From Nitrospirota bacterium (GTDB lineage Bacteria > Nitrospirota > Thermodesulfovibrionia > Thermodesulfovibrionales > BMS3Bbin05): DNA of 17,061 nt. A program made the translations under genes and the position numbers. The DNA lies in NCBI GenBank assembly GCA_020351835.1, contig CP070669.1:2107918-2124978 (forward strand). Reading direction: 5' to 3'. Shown here piece by piece: positions 9,712 through 16,768 of the stretch. The notes under the pieces were generated by a model. It searched no databases and was not told the DNA's origin. It saw nothing but the letters and a program-made list of their open reading frames with translations. Numbering within the stretch: the first letter of the stretch is position 1; each line of letters begins with the position of its first letter.

Positions 9712-9777
9712 TCAGATCAAAACCCATAAATACATTTGTCTTGACAAGCCATTGATCTTTCATGTAAAAGTAATAAC

Positions 9778-10086
9778 ATGAAAAGATATAAATCACTTAT
9801 ACCGCTACTCCTGGTCAGTATATTCACTTTTTTTGTTATCGTGCCGGTCAATATTGCTGAGTCAGGTGATGACTGGAAGGATGAACTGAGAGAAGTATGC
9901 TCAAAGGTCCAGATAGCGGATGAGCTCAGTATCAAGGAGCTTCAGGACCTCATAGCTCAGGCAGATGAGCTGACGATCAAGATAAGCACATCAGGGGACA
10001 GAAGGATGAAGATATTCGTGATGAGACTTCAGAAGTGCAAGTCATTTTTTGAGTTTACGATAGAGACAAAAGAGCCAAAGAAGTGA
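9778..10086 (+). CDS. Small secreted hypothetical protein
   Basis: 102 aa. Signal peptide MKRYKSLIPLLLVSIFTFFVIVPVNIA. The mature part is acidic and helical-looking with two Cys. I recognise no family motif. It is convergent with the RCC1 gene, with stops 14 nt apart. Confidence 0.5.
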   Translation: MKRYKSLIPLLLVSIFTFFVIVPVNIAESGDDWKDELREVCSKVQIADELSIKELQDLIAQADELTIKISTSGDRRMKIFVMRLQKCKSFFEFTIETKEPKK

Positions 10087-10100
10087 ACCTGCCGTGTCTG

Positions 10101-11726
10101 TTACTGGGTGCCTATACCACCGACAACAATTGAAGAGTACTTACCTGCAGATACGTCACTTACGACAGATACATCCCACATTCTGACCGGTGCAGGCTTG
10201 ACAGGCTGGTCATGCAGGTCCTTACCCCATACCCATGTAGTCCCGTCGTTCATAAGTGCCAATGTATGATACATACCGGCCGAAACCTTCTTAATACTTC
10301 CTACCCCCGGTATCTTAAAGGCTACCGAACCGTTTGCGTCCTTTTTCCCGAGCTGACCGAACTCATTGCCTCCCCAGGCCCAGACCGAACCGTCCTTCTT
10401 AAGAGCTACGGTATGATAAAGCCCTGCCGATATCCCTATCATCCCTGACAGGCCTGGAACCTTAATTGGCGATGTCCTCATCTTTCGTGACCTGTCCCCC
10501 AGTATTCCGTTAATGTTCCAGCCCCAGGCCCAGACCGAACCGTCAGAACCCTGCGCTACCGTGTGGTGAAGTCCGGCCGAGGCGTTCTTTATGCCTGTAA
10601 GTCCCTTTACATTCACCGGGGCCTCCCTTGATCTAGTCGAACCGTCACCCAACTGCCCCTGGACATTCCATCCCCAGGTGAACACTGATCCGTCCTGCTT
10701 TACGGCCACATTATGGAACATTCCTGCATCTACAGAAACTATGTTATTCAGGCCTTTCACTTTGACAGGTTCATTACTGTCCCTGGTCGACCCGTTACCA
10801 AGCTGACCGTAAGAGTTACCGCCCCATGCCCACACGGACCCGTCAGCGCTGAGAGCTATTGTATGGTACATGCCTGCAGAAACATCCGTTACCCTCATCA
10901 GGTCCTTCACCAGCACCGGGATCTTACTGTCTATGTTGTCGCCGTTGCCAAGCTGTCCACGGTTGTTGCGCCCCCATGTCCAGGCCGATCCATCTGATTT
11001 GATGGCAACAGAATGGTCTACTCCCGAAGCGACACTGATCACGTCTTCCATTCCGCCGATAGGCAAAAGGCCCTCCCTGCTATTATTGCTCCCATCTCCC
11101 AACTGTCCATATTCGTTAAGGCCGCCTGTCATCACCGCACCGGCGACTGCTTTTTTAGGCATCCAGCTCGAACGGACCGGCCACAGGAACTTGTAACTGC
11201 AGGCTGACATATAGTCTATTGTCATCTCTCCGGATGCGATATCAAGGATCCATACGTAGTCGATTATATCCCTGCCGGTAGACGCCGACCAGTAAAAATG
11301 GTTCTGTACACCGTCAAAGGGATGTCCAACCTGAAGAGCAGGATAGAACTTTGACCTGTCTATAAGGGTCTGAAGCTCGTTTATCGCCGGGAGCCTCCAG
11401 TCCGTATATCCGAAATTAGGTCTTATACCGCTGTTCATCTCCTGGATGTACTGTCTGGCACCAAGCCATGGAAGAGGAAGTTTGTGTATATTGGCGTCCT
11501 TCATCCATATAAGCCCGGTATCCCTGTCGAGTACGGTACCGTCCCCATTGTCCGCGAACCTGTGAGAGGTGCCGGAAGAGACCTTTTGAGTGCTTTTCTT
11601 AGACTGAACCTTGCCGGTCTTCTTCTCTGCAGCTGTAGATTGGATTGCAAATGTAAGCGAAAAGAACACGATGGTGACCATGCAGATAAACCTGATCAAA
11701 GGGATTTTTCTTTCGATATCAATCAT
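10101..11726 (-). CDS. Secreted DUF1566 (Lcl C-terminal-like) + RCC1-repeat beta-propeller protein
   Basis: The ORF in the track extends to 11810. I place the start at the ATG at 11724-11726 (MIDIERKIPLIRFICMVTIVFFSLTFAIQSTAA, a signal peptide), because the upstream 28 codons span a terminator-like hairpin and look non-coding. DUF1566 signatures: FADNGDGTVLDRDTGLIWMKDAN, WRLPAINELQTLI, FYWSAS, LWPVR. These are followed by ~7 RCC1 blades with YGQLGDGS / RGQLGNGD / YGQLGNGS / QGQLGDGS / FGQLG turns. Confidence 0.85.
   Translation of the reverse strand: MIDIERKIPLIRFICMVTIVFFSLTFAIQSTAAEKKTGKVQSKKSTQKVSSGTSHRFADNGDGTVLDRDTGLIWMKDANIHKLPLPWLGARQYIQEMNSGIRPNFGYTDWRLPAINELQTLIDRSKFYPALQVGHPFDGVQNHFYWSASTGRDIIDYVWILDIASGEMTIDYMSACSYKFLWPVRSSWMPKKAVAGAVMTGGLNEYGQLGDGSNNSREGLLPIGGMEDVISVASGVDHSVAIKSDGSAWTWGRNNRGQLGNGDNIDSKIPVLVKDLMRVTDVSAGMYHTIALSADGSVWAWGGNSYGQLGNGSTRDSNEPVKVKGLNNIVSVDAGMFHNVAVKQDGSVFTWGWNVQGQLGDGSTRSREAPVNVKGLTGIKNASAGLHHTVAQGSDGSVWAWGWNINGILGDRSRKMRTSPIKVPGLSGMIGISAGLYHTVALKKDGSVWAWGGNEFGQLGKKDANGSVAFKIPGVGSIKKVSAGMYHTLALMNDGTTWVWGKDLHDQPVKPAPVRMWDVSVVSDVSAGKYSSIVVGGIGTQ
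10372..10544 (-). repeat. In-frame blade repeat inside the RCC1 gene (exact 23-bp copies one blade apart)
   Basis: CCCCAGGCCCAGACCGAACCGTC occurs exactly at 10372-10394 and 10522-10544. The copies are 150 nt (50 codons, one RCC1 blade) apart, and both encode DGSVWAWG. Confidence 0.9.
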
Positions 11727-11755
11727 TTTTATTAGCTCAATACCCTTGTTAACAC

Positions 11756-11786
11756 AAAAACCGGCTTTATTGTAATGAAAGCCGGT
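11756..11786 (-). terminator. Terminator-like hairpin in the 5' leader of the RCC1 gene
   Basis: The minus strand reads ACCGGCUUU-CAUUACAAU-AAAGCCGGU followed by UUUUGUGUU. This is a 9-bp stem (11760-11768 / 11778-11786), a 9-nt loop and a T-run that includes the last stem base. No upstream minus-strand gene exists for it to terminate, because the neighbour is divergent. Confidence 0.45.
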
Positions 11787-11932
11787 CGTCAATATCAAGC
11801 GCTCATACATAAGAGTTCCCTATTAGTTCATAAACAACTTTACAATTAAGTTAACGATATGATAGTCTGATGAGTTTTTACGATCAGTCTTTGATTTTAC
11901 CCATTTAACTACGATCTGAGAGGGAGTTTATT

Positions 11933-13357
11933 ATGACAATCAAATCTAAGTACTCTCCATTAATCGCGATCATCTTCTTTCTGGCCATCGGTGTTAATTT
12001 CGCATTCGCTGCTAATATGAGCGAGGACTTCGCATTTAAGATCTCGTTAGAGAACCACCTGGAGAAGAGGCTGAAACACATAATCACCGAGATCACCGGA
12101 AGCGACAGGGGTGTCATCATAATCAATGCCGATATCGGCACGGTCAAGGGCGGTGATTCCAACAAAGGAAGTATAACAAAGAAAAAGAGCCAGGATGCGC
12201 TAGTATTGCCCGGAGTTCCGGTAAAGAAAGAGTTCGGTACGGGCCTTAAGGAGACTGCTGAGCTTCTCTTCCCCGGAGCGGGCGGCAGTAAATATAAGGT
12301 AAACAAAATGAGCGTCTCCATATGGCTTGATAAAGGGCTTTCACAGTCAATTGTAGACCTTGTAGATAACCTTGCAAAGCAGGTTGTCGGTTACAACGAG
12401 ACGAGAGGGGATAAGGTTGAAATAGTTCCGATCGACTTCAAGGGAGAGAAGTTCTACTGGTCCTCGATATTCTATCCCAAGAACCTTTTCATACTAGCAC
12501 TTGGCCTTGCGGCGGCCCTTTTCTTTCTCGCTGGAGCGTCGTTCCTGTCGGACCCTCTTAAGAACCTTTCAAACGCAATTGCTTCGGTCGACTGGGACCA
12601 GGTAAGGGGCGCAAACGCAGGGATAGAAGCATATAGCCCCAGCTACGAGATGGAAGAACCCGGAATAAGCAGTGATATTACTGGAGCATACGATGCAGGC
12701 GAGCAGCAGCCTTTCTCTTTCATATCCGAGAGAGACCTCTCTAACCTGTCATATCTTCTTAAAGACAGATCGGCTGAGGATATAGCAACGGTAGCTAACT
12801 TCCTCGAGATAGATCTGGCGGCAAAATTGCTCGAATCTTTCGGCACGGATGAACAGGCAGAGGTTGCCCTGCACCTTAGCAATGAGAAGGTCGACCCGGA
12901 CGGGGTAAAGAAGCTCGAGTCCGAGATAAGAGAACAACTAAGCTACGTTGTCGGGGGAGAGAGGAAGTTCATATCGCTCATGAGACTTTCGGATGATGAT
13001 GTCAGGGAAAAGGCTATGGGCATGATGGAGCAGAAGGACAGGGATACCGCATCCCGACTGAAGACCAGGGTAAAGAGCTTCGATGATACAATATCAGATC
13101 TTCCGGCACAGGGCATAAGGGCACTTTACAGAAGGACCAACCCTCTCATCTTCGCGCAGATCGTAAAAGGCTCGTCAGATAAGGTAATAGAGAAGATCCT
13201 GGGATCGCTCAGTGAGGGCGCGGTCGAAAGGCTCAAGCAGGAGATGGAGCTCAGCCAGCCTCTTTCACCCGGACGCCTTCGCAAAGAAAGAATAAACCTC
13301 ATGATGCGCCTTGCAAGCCTTATGGATGAGGGAGCAATAGAAGGAGTGAACAACTGA
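11933..13357 (+). CDS. Membrane-anchored FliF/YscJ-like ring-building-motif domain fused to FliG-like middle and C-terminal domains (putative minimal rotor protein)
   Basis: 474 aa. The RBS AGGGAG lies 6 nt upstream. aa 9-27 is a signal/TM1 segment (PLIAIIFFLAIGVNFAFAA). aa 28-184 is a periplasmic alpha-beta-beta-alpha-beta pattern like the FliF/SctJ RBM: LENHLEKRLKHIITEITGSDRGVIIINADIG ... KMSVSIWLDKGLSQSIVDLVDNLAKQVVGYNETRGDKVEIVPIDF. aa 185-205 is TM2 (LFILALGLAAALFFLAGASFL). aa ~268-316 (LLKDRSAEDIATVANFLEIDLAAKLLESFGTDEQAEVALHLS) parallels the FliG middle domain. VVGG (aa 339-342) parallels the FliG Gly-Gly hinge. aa 383-470 (FDDTISDLPAQGIRALYRRTNPLIFAQIVKGSSDKVIEKILGSLSEGAVERLKQEMELSQPLSPGRLRKERINLMMRLASLMDEGAI) is collinear with the FliG C-terminal domain, remembered as FEDI..LDDRSIQ..LREVD...LALALKGAS.ELKEKIF.NMSKRAA..LKEDME..GPVRL.DVEEAQQKI..IIRRLEE.GEI. 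Confidence 0.75.
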   Translation: MTIKSKYSPLIAIIFFLAIGVNFAFAANMSEDFAFKISLENHLEKRLKHIITEITGSDRGVIIINADIGTVKGGDSNKGSITKKKSQDALVLPGVPVKKEFGTGLKETAELLFPGAGGSKYKVNKMSVSIWLDKGLSQSIVDLVDNLAKQVVGYNETRGDKVEIVPIDFKGEKFYWSSIFYPKNLFILALGLAAALFFLAGASFLSDPLKNLSNAIASVDWDQVRGANAGIEAYSPSYEMEEPGISSDITGAYDAGEQQPFSFISERDLSNLSYLLKDRSAEDIATVANFLEIDLAAKLLESFGTDEQAEVALHLSNEKVDPDGVKKLESEIREQLSYVVGGERKFISLMRLSDDDVREKAMGMMEQKDRDTASRLKTRVKSFDDTISDLPAQGIRALYRRTNPLIFAQIVKGSSDKVIEKILGSLSEGAVERLKQEMELSQPLSPGRLRKERINLMMRLASLMDEGAIEGVNN

Positions 13358-13358
13358 T

Positions 13359-14135
13359 ATGGATTTTATGACTATCATAGGACTGCTCCTCGGCGGCGCA
13401 ACGGTTTATCTCGTAATGCTTCAGGGAAATATTCTTGACATGGTACTTAACCCTGTCGCCGCACTGCTCGTGTTTGGAGGAACTTTCAGCGCTACACTAA
13501 TAGCATATCCGTGGGACCTTATAAAGCAGACCGTTCCATCTTTCAGACTTATGTTCTTCCCTAAGAGGAACACATATGAATATCTTGAGGAGGTCGTTGA
13601 GTCGATGACCTCATTGGCAGAGAAGGCGAGAAGACAGAGCATAGAAAGCCTTCAGGGAGACCTTGGCAAGATAGAGAGCAAGTTCTTTTCGCATGGCATG
13701 CAGATGGTTATAGATGGCCTGGACCCGGCCATAGTCAGGGATAACATGGAAAAAGAGATCCTGTATACCAGACAGAGCTTCCAAAAAGTGTGCGGAGTGT
13801 TCCGTACAATGGCAACACTTTCTCCGATATTCGGGCTTCTCGGTACCCTCATAGGAATAGTCGGGGTCCTCCGCAATCTTGCTGACCCTGCATCTATGGG
13901 AAGCAATATGGCAATCGCTATAACGACCACATTTTATGGTATATTCGCCGCAAACTTTCTTTTTCTGCCGATCTCCATAAAGCTGAACGAACACAGTGAA
14001 CGGGATGTCCTGATCAAGGAACTTATAGCAGAAGGCATTATTGCCATTCACAGCGGTGACCTGCCGCTCATAGTCAGGAAGAAACTCAACGCATTTCTTT
14101 CATCCCACATAAGGGAAAAAAGCGAAAGCAAATAA
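13359..14135 (+). CDS. motA: MotA/PomA-family stator A subunit (4 TM, large TM2-TM3 cytoplasmic loop)
   Basis: 258 aa, collinear with PomA/MotA. TM1 is IIGLLLGGATVYLVML and TM2 is VAALLVFGGTFSATLIAY. A ~95-aa cytoplasmic loop contains SLAEKARRQSIESLQGD and VIDGLDP. TM3 (TLSPIFGLLGTLIGIVGVL) and TM4 (MAIAITTTFYGIFAANFLFLPIS) carry the two conserved Pro residues. The C-terminus is IAEGIIAIHSGDLPLIV. The start is 1 nt after the upstream stop. Confidence 0.92.
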   Translation: MDFMTIIGLLLGGATVYLVMLQGNILDMVLNPVAALLVFGGTFSATLIAYPWDLIKQTVPSFRLMFFPKRNTYEYLEEVVESMTSLAEKARRQSIESLQGDLGKIESKFFSHGMQMVIDGLDPAIVRDNMEKEILYTRQSFQKVCGVFRTMATLSPIFGLLGTLIGIVGVLRNLADPASMGSNMAIAITTTFYGIFAANFLFLPISIKLNEHSERDVLIKELIAEGIIAIHSGDLPLIVRKKLNAFLSSHIREKSESK

Positions 14136-14818
14136 TGCTCCTTAAGCGTATCTATTCCGACCAGCACAGAAAAAGGTCGAGCCCATTGTGGCTCATCATA
14201 TTCTCCGACATGAGCACTAATCTCATGCTCTTCTTCCTTATACTCTTCGCCATGACAAGGATGAGCGATCCCGAGAGGCAATTGATGATAGAGGGAATGG
14301 AGCATGCGGTAAGCGATGAGGTAAGGAAGACCGAGCTTAAAGGAGAAAAGCTCCTGAGGCAGATCAAGGATGAAGATGCCATCAGTAACCTGCGGAACGC
14401 AATAACATACGGCAAACTGGCCGGCCACGCAAAACTGGAAGTTGACGAGAACGAGGTAAAGGTCACACTGAACCTGCCGCGTTTCTTTTCTATCGGAAGT
14501 GCGGAACTGAACGACAATATTACCGATGCACTGTCAAGTCTTGCGGAGCCTCTGAGCCGCTTTCCTAATGACATTGTCATAGAGGGCCATACCGATAACG
14601 TGCCTGTAAGGGGCGGGAGATACCGATCGAACTGGGAGCTGTCCGTAGCTCGCGCGGTGAGCGTTATAGATTTCTTTACCAAAAGGGGATTATTGCCGGA
14701 ACAGCTAATATCAGCAGGGTACGGTGAGTACCACCCTGCATACCCTAACGACACTGAAGATAACAGGTCGCGCAATCGACGGATAGAGATCAACATAATA
14801 AGGAAACAGAGGCTATAG
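14135..14818 (+). CDS. motB: MotB-family stator B subunit with OmpA-like peptidoglycan-binding domain (channel Asp present)
   Basis: 227 aa. TAATG overlap with the motA stop. The N-terminal TM (WLIIFSDMSTNLMLFFLILFAM) carries the conserved Asp, D25, codon 14207-14209. The OmpA-like C-terminus is IVIEGHTDNVP...SNWELSVARAVSV...GYGEYHPAYPNDTEDNRSRNRRIEINI. Confidence 0.9.
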   Translation: MLLKRIYSDQHRKRSSPLWLIIFSDMSTNLMLFFLILFAMTRMSDPERQLMIEGMEHAVSDEVRKTELKGEKLLRQIKDEDAISNLRNAITYGKLAGHAKLEVDENEVKVTLNLPRFFSIGSAELNDNITDALSSLAEPLSRFPNDIVIEGHTDNVPVRGGRYRSNWELSVARAVSVIDFFTKRGLLPEQLISAGYGEYHPAYPNDTEDNRSRNRRIEINIIRKQRL

Positions 14819-14822
14819 CTAT

Positions 14823-15473
14823 ATGCTATCTTTTACTAAACTTATAATAGCTTCAGAAAGGGACCGCGATGACAGCTCGCTCTGGATGCTTCCCTACAGT
14901 ACCCTGATGCTTATACTGCTCATTTTCTTTGCAATCCTGTTTGTTGATTCATATAAGCAGTCAATAGACTATGAGATGGCTATTGCTGAACTTGACGATA
15001 CGAACGAAGGCCTGAAGAAAGAGATAATCCTTGCCAAGAACATGCAGAAGTATATAAACGATAATAATATGAACGATATCGCGGAGATTAAAGTATCGGC
15101 TCGTTTTATAAAACTTGACCTCAAAAGCCCGGCTCTGTTTGAAAGCGGTTTGGCAGACCTTAAACCGGGTATACTGCCTCTGTTCAGAGAGCTAGCGGAT
15201 AACCTGAAGAATGTAGATAACACTGTCGTGGTAGAGGGCCATACCGATAACATCCCTATACATAACAGGTTCTTCGATTCGAACTGGGAGCTTTCATCTG
15301 CCAGGGCATTCAGTGTATTATATTTCCTTATAAATAAAGAGATCGATCCGGAAAGACTTATTGCCCACGGTTTCGGCGAGTTCAGGCCGATCTTTTCGAA
15401 CGATACAGCGGATAACAGGGCTCGTAACAGACGGATCGAGATCACTATCATAAGGAAGGGTAGAGAAGCATGA
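14823..15473 (+). CDS. Second MotB-like/OmpA-like stator B paralog lacking the conserved channel Asp
   Basis: 216 aa, starting 4 nt after the motB stop. The TM LWMLPYSTLMLILLIFFAILF aligns position-for-position with the canonical YADxMTxLLxFF motif, but Thr27 (codon 14901-14903, ACC) sits where the Asp should be. The OmpA-like domain is intact: VVVEGHTDNIP...SNWELSSARAFSV...GFGEFRPIFSNDTADNRARNRRIEITI. Confidence 0.85.
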   Translation: MLSFTKLIIASERDRDDSSLWMLPYSTLMLILLIFFAILFVDSYKQSIDYEMAIAELDDTNEGLKKEIILAKNMQKYINDNNMNDIAEIKVSARFIKLDLKSPALFESGLADLKPGILPLFRELADNLKNVDNTVVVEGHTDNIPIHNRFFDSNWELSSARAFSVLYFLINKEIDPERLIAHGFGEFRPIFSNDTADNRARNRRIEITIIRKGREA

Positions 15474-16768
15474 GGAAGATAGCGGTCATACTTGTGCTCT
15501 TAATGAGCTTTTCATCGTCGGCTGATGCCATTACTGCCCGACAGCTGGAGAAGGTAGAGGAACTCAAGACAGAGGCTTTAGAGCTGCTTCGCAAAAAGGA
15601 GTTCGATAAAGCTGTCCCGGTCCTGAATGAGATACTCGCAATAGACCCTCTTGAAAAGACAGCTAACAGGTACCTTAACCTTGCCAAGCAACAGGCGATG
15701 GAGCCTTTCTGCCAGGAGGCGGCCGAGGCTTTCATGAAAGATGATTATGCCAGCGCTATAGACTCATGGGAAAAGATATTAAGGATGAACCCTGGGGATC
15801 AAAGGTTCTCACGCCTGATAGAGATCACAAAGAACCTCGTCTCTGACAAGACCATCGATGAGATGTATTCGCGTGCGAATGACTTTCTAGAAAAGGGCGA
15901 CAGGAACTCGGCTGCCAATGAGCTCGAGAAGATCCTTTCCATTAAACCTTACGACCGGCGTGCACGAGAAATGCTTGCCAAGGCCAAACAGTCGGTCTCA
16001 AGCGCAAAGACCAAGAAACACTACGATCAGGCTGACCAGTATATGAAGCAGAAGAAATACGACCTGGCCATAGAGGAGTGGAACAAAGTACTCGCGATAG
16101 ATGACAGCCAGCAAGCCGCAAAAAGGCTTATTGCATCGGCCATAAGAGAGAAGATACAGATACAGTACTCCGAGGCTGAGAAACTTTACAGGAAGGGCGA
16201 TTACCTTTCCGCGCGCGACAACTACTACAAGATCCTGGTCGATAATCCGACCGATCTTGATGTAAAGACGATCATATCCAACCTTGACGATACCACAAAG
16301 ATCGTAAACCGGATGGATGAAAGAGGAAAGGCTTACGATATCATGAGGACCTCTCTATCCAACCATATAGCGATAGACGGCAACAAGAAAGCGGCCGTAG
16401 CTGCTGCATGGTACGCAGTACAGATAGACCCCCAGAACACTACGGCACTTGCTATCAAGAACTACATGGAAATGAAGTATGCAACTCTCGTAGCTACAAT
16501 GGAACCCCCTATTGGTTCTATGAACATAATCGACCAGTATCTGTTCGCCGCCCTTAACCACATATATGAGGGGCGCTATGATATGTCGATACAGGAAACT
16601 GGGATAGTGATAGCGCTCGACCCGGACAGCCTTCTCGCATGGAAAAGGCTCGGATCGGCTTACTTTGCGATGGGAGAGAAGAAGAAGGCGCGTAATGCGT
16701 GGCAAAGGGCGCTGAAGATAGACCCCAATGATAAAGAGCTGAAACAGTTCATTAAACAGGCAAAATGA
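15470..16768 (+). CDS. Secreted tetratricopeptide-repeat (TPR) protein
   Basis: 432 aa. ATGA overlap with the upstream stop. Signal peptide MRKIAVILVLLMSFSSSADA. Repeated TPR signatures include EFDKAVPVLNEILAIDP, DYASAIDSWEKILRMNP, DRNSAANELEKILSIKP, KYDLAIEEWNKVLAID, DYLSARDNYYKILVDNP, and LGSAYFAMGEKKKARNAWQRALKIDPND. Confidence 0.85.
   Translation: MRKIAVILVLLMSFSSSADAITARQLEKVEELKTEALELLRKKEFDKAVPVLNEILAIDPLEKTANRYLNLAKQQAMEPFCQEAAEAFMKDDYASAIDSWEKILRMNPGDQRFSRLIEITKNLVSDKTIDEMYSRANDFLEKGDRNSAANELEKILSIKPYDRRAREMLAKAKQSVSSAKTKKHYDQADQYMKQKKYDLAIEEWNKVLAIDDSQQAAKRLIASAIREKIQIQYSEAEKLYRKGDYLSARDNYYKILVDNPTDLDVKTIISNLDDTTKIVNRMDERGKAYDIMRTSLSNHIAIDGNKKAAVAAAWYAVQIDPQNTTALAIKNYMEMKYATLVATMEPPIGSMNIIDQYLFAALNHIYEGRYDMSIQETGIVIALDPDSLLAWKRLGSAYFAMGEKKKARNAWQRALKIDPNDKELKQFIKQAK

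Noticed and set aside
11727-11810. 28-codon N-terminal extension of the RCC1 ORF (MYERLILTTGFHYNKAGFCVNKGIELIK)
   Set aside because: It contains the terminator-like hairpin and precedes an internal Met that starts a canonical signal peptide. The extension would bury the signal peptide. I kept the shorter model but cannot exclude the longer one.
11831-11860. Sigma-28 (FliA)-like promoter upstream of the motor operon (TAAA ... AACGATAT)
   Set aside because: The CGATA core resembles the GCCGATAA -10 element. However, the TAAA lies about 3 nt too far upstream for the remembered TAAA-N15-GCCGATAA spacing, and the GC of the -10 is missing. This is not convincing without start-site data.
11905-12321. 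Minus-strand 138-aa ORF overlapping the start of the FliF/FliG-like gene
   Set aside because: It is antisense to a gene with a good RBS, a signal/TM segment and domain signatures. Its own product is Pro/Ser/Leu-rich with no start context.
14152-15451. Long minus-strand ORFs 14152-14796 (214 aa) and 14969-15451 (160 aa)
   Set aside because: They are antisense to the two MotB-like genes, whose OmpA-domain motifs are clear. The antisense translations are Ser/Leu-rich with no motifs.
13359-15473. Possibility that the MotA/MotB-like genes are a Zorya (ZorAB) anti-phage system or a Ton/Tol (ExbBD/TolQR) system
   Set aside because: ZorA proteins carry a very long C-terminal tail and come with ZorC/D/E-type effectors. 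This MotA is 258 aa, with PomA-like architecture and no such partners. ExbB/TolQ have three TMs, and ExbD/TolR lack OmpA-like domains. Here the A subunit has four TMs with the large TM2-TM3 loop, and both B subunits have OmpA-like domains.
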